The notes below the pieces were generated by a model. The model saw only the letters and a program-made list of their open reading frames with translations. It made no database searches and was not told the DNA's origin. Made by a program: the position numbers and the translations under genes. Shown here piece by piece: positions 60,350-64,000 of a stretch of DNA of 64,000 bases. Numbering within the stretch: position 1 is the stretch's first letter; each line of letters opens with the position of its first letter. This DNA comes from Malacoraja senta (taxonomy: Eukaryota): the NCBI GenBank assembly GCA_038087875.1, contig CM075997.1, positions 7,318,001 through 7,382,000 of the forward strand, in the 5' to 3' direction.

Positions 60350-62233
60350 GTGGGCAGTTTATGGTGCTTTCCTGTGTGTAACTGCCTGAACGAGTTCCAT
60401 TTATTTTGTTGAATCTAGTTAAAATTGCCTCCTGCTCAGAGAATGGAGATTTATTGTGGTCCCTCCAAGATAGCTCATATATTCCATGCTCATTCAATAC
60501 TCAATAGAGTTAAACAGCAACAAATGGTAATCTGAAGAGCATTCTCTTAATAATGAATAGCTGTCATAGATTTAAAGAAATAGACCACTTTACAGTAATG
60601 TAATCGGATTCTTTGCAGAGTTAAACAATATTTCAGAGTTATTCACTTGATGTAGAAGGATGTGGATTATGTGCTCATATTACATTTAATTTTTGTTGCA
60701 TAGAATGAAGCAAAATTCAATGAATGTCACATGCTAGGTTGCATGGAGTGAGGATTGATATAGCAGATGGATATAAATACAAAGGGAGAGCAAAGTTAGA
60801 TGTTCCCTTGAATTTCAAGTTCAAGTTCATGTTTAAGTTTACATCTAGTGTCACATGCACCTTTTGGTACAGTGAAATTTGGGTTGCCATACAGCCATAC
60901 GACTTATAAATAACAATTGATGTTCCTGAGTCTCCATTGCAAGACCACCGTTGTGTCTTGTATCTTGTATTTTAGTGATTCCGACATTTCTTTTATGTGC
61001 ACACATCCAATTACTTTCTGGATGTAAACCCCTCTACTTCCAGTCTGAAGAAGGGTTCCGACCAGAAACGTCACATGTTCCCTGTCTCCAGAAATGCTGC
61101 CTGACCCGCTGAGTTACTCCAGCACTTGGTGTTTATCTTCGGTACAAACCAGCATCGGCAGTTCTTTCCCACACACGGTGTCTGATTACTGTGGGAGGTT
61201 ATACAGAAACAGGCTTTCTGAACCCTATAAAGTTGAAATCCAAGGCAGCTTGTATTTTTTTGTTCCCGTAAATTCCAAAGTAATTAGTTCACTAGTTACC
61301 AGTCAAAATTGCATAATAACCCACATGGCACGCAAAATGCAAATAATATATACTAATTCATCTGAAGAAGGGTTTCGGCCCGAAAAGTTGCCTATTTCCT
61401 TCGTTCCATAGATGCTGCCTCACCCGTTGAGTTTCTCCAGCATTTTTGTCTACCTTCGATTTTCCAGCACCTGCAGTTCCTTCTTAAACATACTAATTCA
61501 TCACTTGCTTTATATTAAATTTGTGTTATGGAAACATGTGTTATAGCAGCACTACCTGTGTTGTTTGTAGGAAGGAACTGCAGATGCTGGTTTAAACCGA
61601 AGATAGACACAAAATGCTGGAGCAACTCAGCGGGACAGGCAGCATATCGGGAGAGAAGGAATGGGTGATGTTTCGGGTCGAGACCCTTCAGATGCTGCCC
61701 ATCCTGCAGAGTTACTCAGCATTACTCAGTTACTCCAGCAATACTCTGAGTTACTCAGTCTGAAGAAGCGTCTCAACCCGAAATGTCACCCATTCCTTCT
61801 CCCCAGAGATGCTGACTTACTCCAGCATATTGTGTCTACCTGTGTTGTATTCAGTTTTTGTGACCCTGCTGTAGGAAAGATGCCATTAAGCTGGAAAGAT
61901 TTTCAACGATGTTGCTAGGACTCAAGGGCCTAAGCTACAGGGAGAGGTTGGGCAGGCTGGGACTTTTTCCTTGAACTGTTGAAGACTGTGGGGGTGACCT
62001 TATAGATGTGTATCTTATATTGGGGTGATCTGATGAGGGGCATAGATAGAGTGAACGCACACAGTCTCTTCTCTCAGGTTGGGAGTCAAGAATAGAAGGG
62101 ATGAGTAATTGAAGAGCAACTTTTTCACACAGAAGGTGGGTATATGGAACAAACTGTCAGAAGAAGTGGTTGAAAGAGGTACAATAACAACATTTAATAG
62201 GCGTGTGGTCAGGTACATGATAGAAAAGGTTAA

Positions 62234-62781
62234 AGGGCCTGTCCCACTTGGGCGACCTAATCCGTGGGTTCTGGCGAGTTTGCCCTCGACTCATACTCAC
62301 CGCATGGTCGACACGAGGTCGTAGGAGGTCTTCGTAACTCTCCTTCATGCTCGAGTGGTCTCCGCGTACTCGAGCCCTCAGCTAGGTCGCGGCGGTTTTT
62401 TCAATATGTTAAAAAATGCCAGCGAGTCAAAAAAGGTCGCCATGGAAAAAATCTATACTTTTTTTACTTGTAGGTTTAGTCATATTAGGTCATAATAGGT
62501 CGTAATAGGTTGGCATGCTAGTCGTAGGTGATCGAGGGTAGTCTAAGGTAGTCGTAGATAGTCTTCATCATAGTCGAAGGGAGGTCGAAGGGAGGTCGAA
62601 GGAAGTCGTTTCACTCGCCACTATTCGGCGTCCAATTTTCCCGAAGCTAGTCGAAGCTGGTCTTTAACATAGTCGAAGGAAGTCGAAGGAGGTCTTCTAC
62701 ATAGTTGAAGGAGGTCTTCGACCTCATTTTTTCAAACTCTTCTAAACTCGCCAATTAGTTCGCCCAAGTGGGACAGCCCCT
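62234..62781. mobile_element. PIF/Harbinger-type MITE nested in a CR1 3' fragment
   Basis: TAA|AGGGCCTGTCCCACTTGGGCGA...TCGCCCAAGTGGGACAGCCCCT|TTA. Confidence 0.9.
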
Positions 62782-63442
62782 TTAGAAAGGATATGGGTCA
62801 AATGCTGGTAAATGGGACTAGTTTAGATGTGCATATTAGACAACATGTATGTGCTGGGTTGAGAGGCCTACTCCAATGCTGCATGATTCTATGACTAAAA
62901 ATGTTTTAAAAGTCAATGATAAAGTAAAAAACTTGGCATGCCAGGATTGCCAATGTAAAGCATGAACAAATGGAGAAACGTTTCTCCAGAACTTATGACA
63001 AAGTAAGGGTACTTATTTTTACCCTTAAGAAGCCTTCCTGTCAAAATATTTACCAGTATCCTTGGTGAGAATTCCTCTGTCCAGCAGCTGCGGTGTCATC
63101 AACATGGGTCAGCAGCAAATTTCCAACAGCGAAGTATTTTAGCATTATATAAACTTGTTAAATGAAGAATTCGATGTTTTATATGCATGACATTTCAAAT
63201 TATGCATGGAAAGAAATGTGTCATCCTAAAATTTTCTTTTGGCCAAAAATAGTTTTGAAAGCAATTCTGGGTTGTTAAGTTATTTAAAAACGCATAGATC
63301 TACTGCAGGAAAGTGGAACATCTCAAGTTATTTTACAGAGTTACTTCAAAAGCAGATGAAATTCATTTCATAATAAGTGATTTCCCTTGATTGTGGTGAA
63401 GACGACTGTAAAAGATGGAGTCGGTGGAGGTGTGCTGAATAA

Positions 63443-63669
63443 AGGGCCTGTCCCACGTTCACGACCTAATTCATGACCTCTGCCGAGTTTGCCCTTGACT
63501 CATACTCGCAGCATGGTCATCACAAGGTCGTAGGTAGGTTGTAGCAGGCCGTGATGCTAGTCGTAGGTACTCGTGGCATCAAGTAGGTCGGGGCGTTTTT
63601 CTAGCATGATGAAAATTGTCCACGAGTTAAAAAGGTCGTGAATTAGGTCATGAAAGTGGGGCAGGCCCT
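63443..63669. mobile_element. PIF/Harbinger-type MITE (227 bp)
   Basis: TAA|AGGGCCTGTCCCAC...GTGGGGCAGGCCCT|TAA. Confidence 0.88.
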
Positions 63670-64000
63670 TAAATGATTTCAATTTGCATTGCATTTGTAA
63701 ACTTTAGTTGAAAATTCTGAGGTTACAATATAAAGATTCAATCTCCAATCACTGCCTGACAATAGAGGGATGAAATATATTTCTATTCACAATCACTATA
63801 TTTGTGCTTTTTTTAAAATGGAAGTTTGTTGGCAAAGAAATTCTTTTGAATCAAAGAATGAAAGTAATAATATTTTGACAAAAGACAAAATGGCCAAGAA
63901 ATTAATTTATAGGTAGTTACTTATTTCAGTGCCATGTGATTGAAAATACCCCTGTAAAATGTGTGAAAAGCAATAAGAGATTTTTCCAAATTCTTTTGCA

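Noticed and set aside
62945..63008. Short open segment ending in AAA|GTAAGG as the next CATSPERG exon
   Set aside because: No polypyrimidine tract, and the translation does not resemble the expected RPLW/PVLILGG segment.

Overview
Repeat-rich vertebrate genomic DNA. The repeat set (V-SINE/HE1-type SINEs, CR1/HER1-type LINEs, Penelope elements) points to a cartilaginous fish, most likely a skate or ray; this is an inference. Two host genes lie on the + strand. (1) The last two coding exons of a Na+/Ca2+ exchanger (SLC8A family, best match NCX2/SLC8A2; 219-494 and 3559-3935), followed by a transposon-free putative 3' UTR. (2) The 5' part of CATSPERG (CatSper gamma subunit), which the ORF track does not reveal as a gene: a CpG-island/NRF1 promoter at about 31.3-31.56 kb, then coding exons at 36215-36409, 40872-40921 (frame-disrupted as sequenced), 53029-53176, 55467-55593 and 60256-60349, continuing beyond the window. 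The remainder is mostly transposons: an intact-ORF Passport-like Tc1, a dead IR/DR Tc1, about 12 PIF/Harbinger-type MITEs, a hAT MITE, CR1, Rex1/Babar, RTE, L1 and Vingi LINE fragments, V-SINEs, and many Penelope remnants carrying minimal hammerhead motifs. The most notable finds are a ~140-bp retroposon headed by a 54-nt minimal HDV-like ribozyme that shares its 3' tail with a Vingi LINE (two copies), the broken CATSPERG exon, a perfect 70-bp inverted repeat bracketing a CATSPERG exon, and non-matching TAA/TTA flanks in one MITE subfamily. Repeat family names and protein comparisons are from recall, not database searches.
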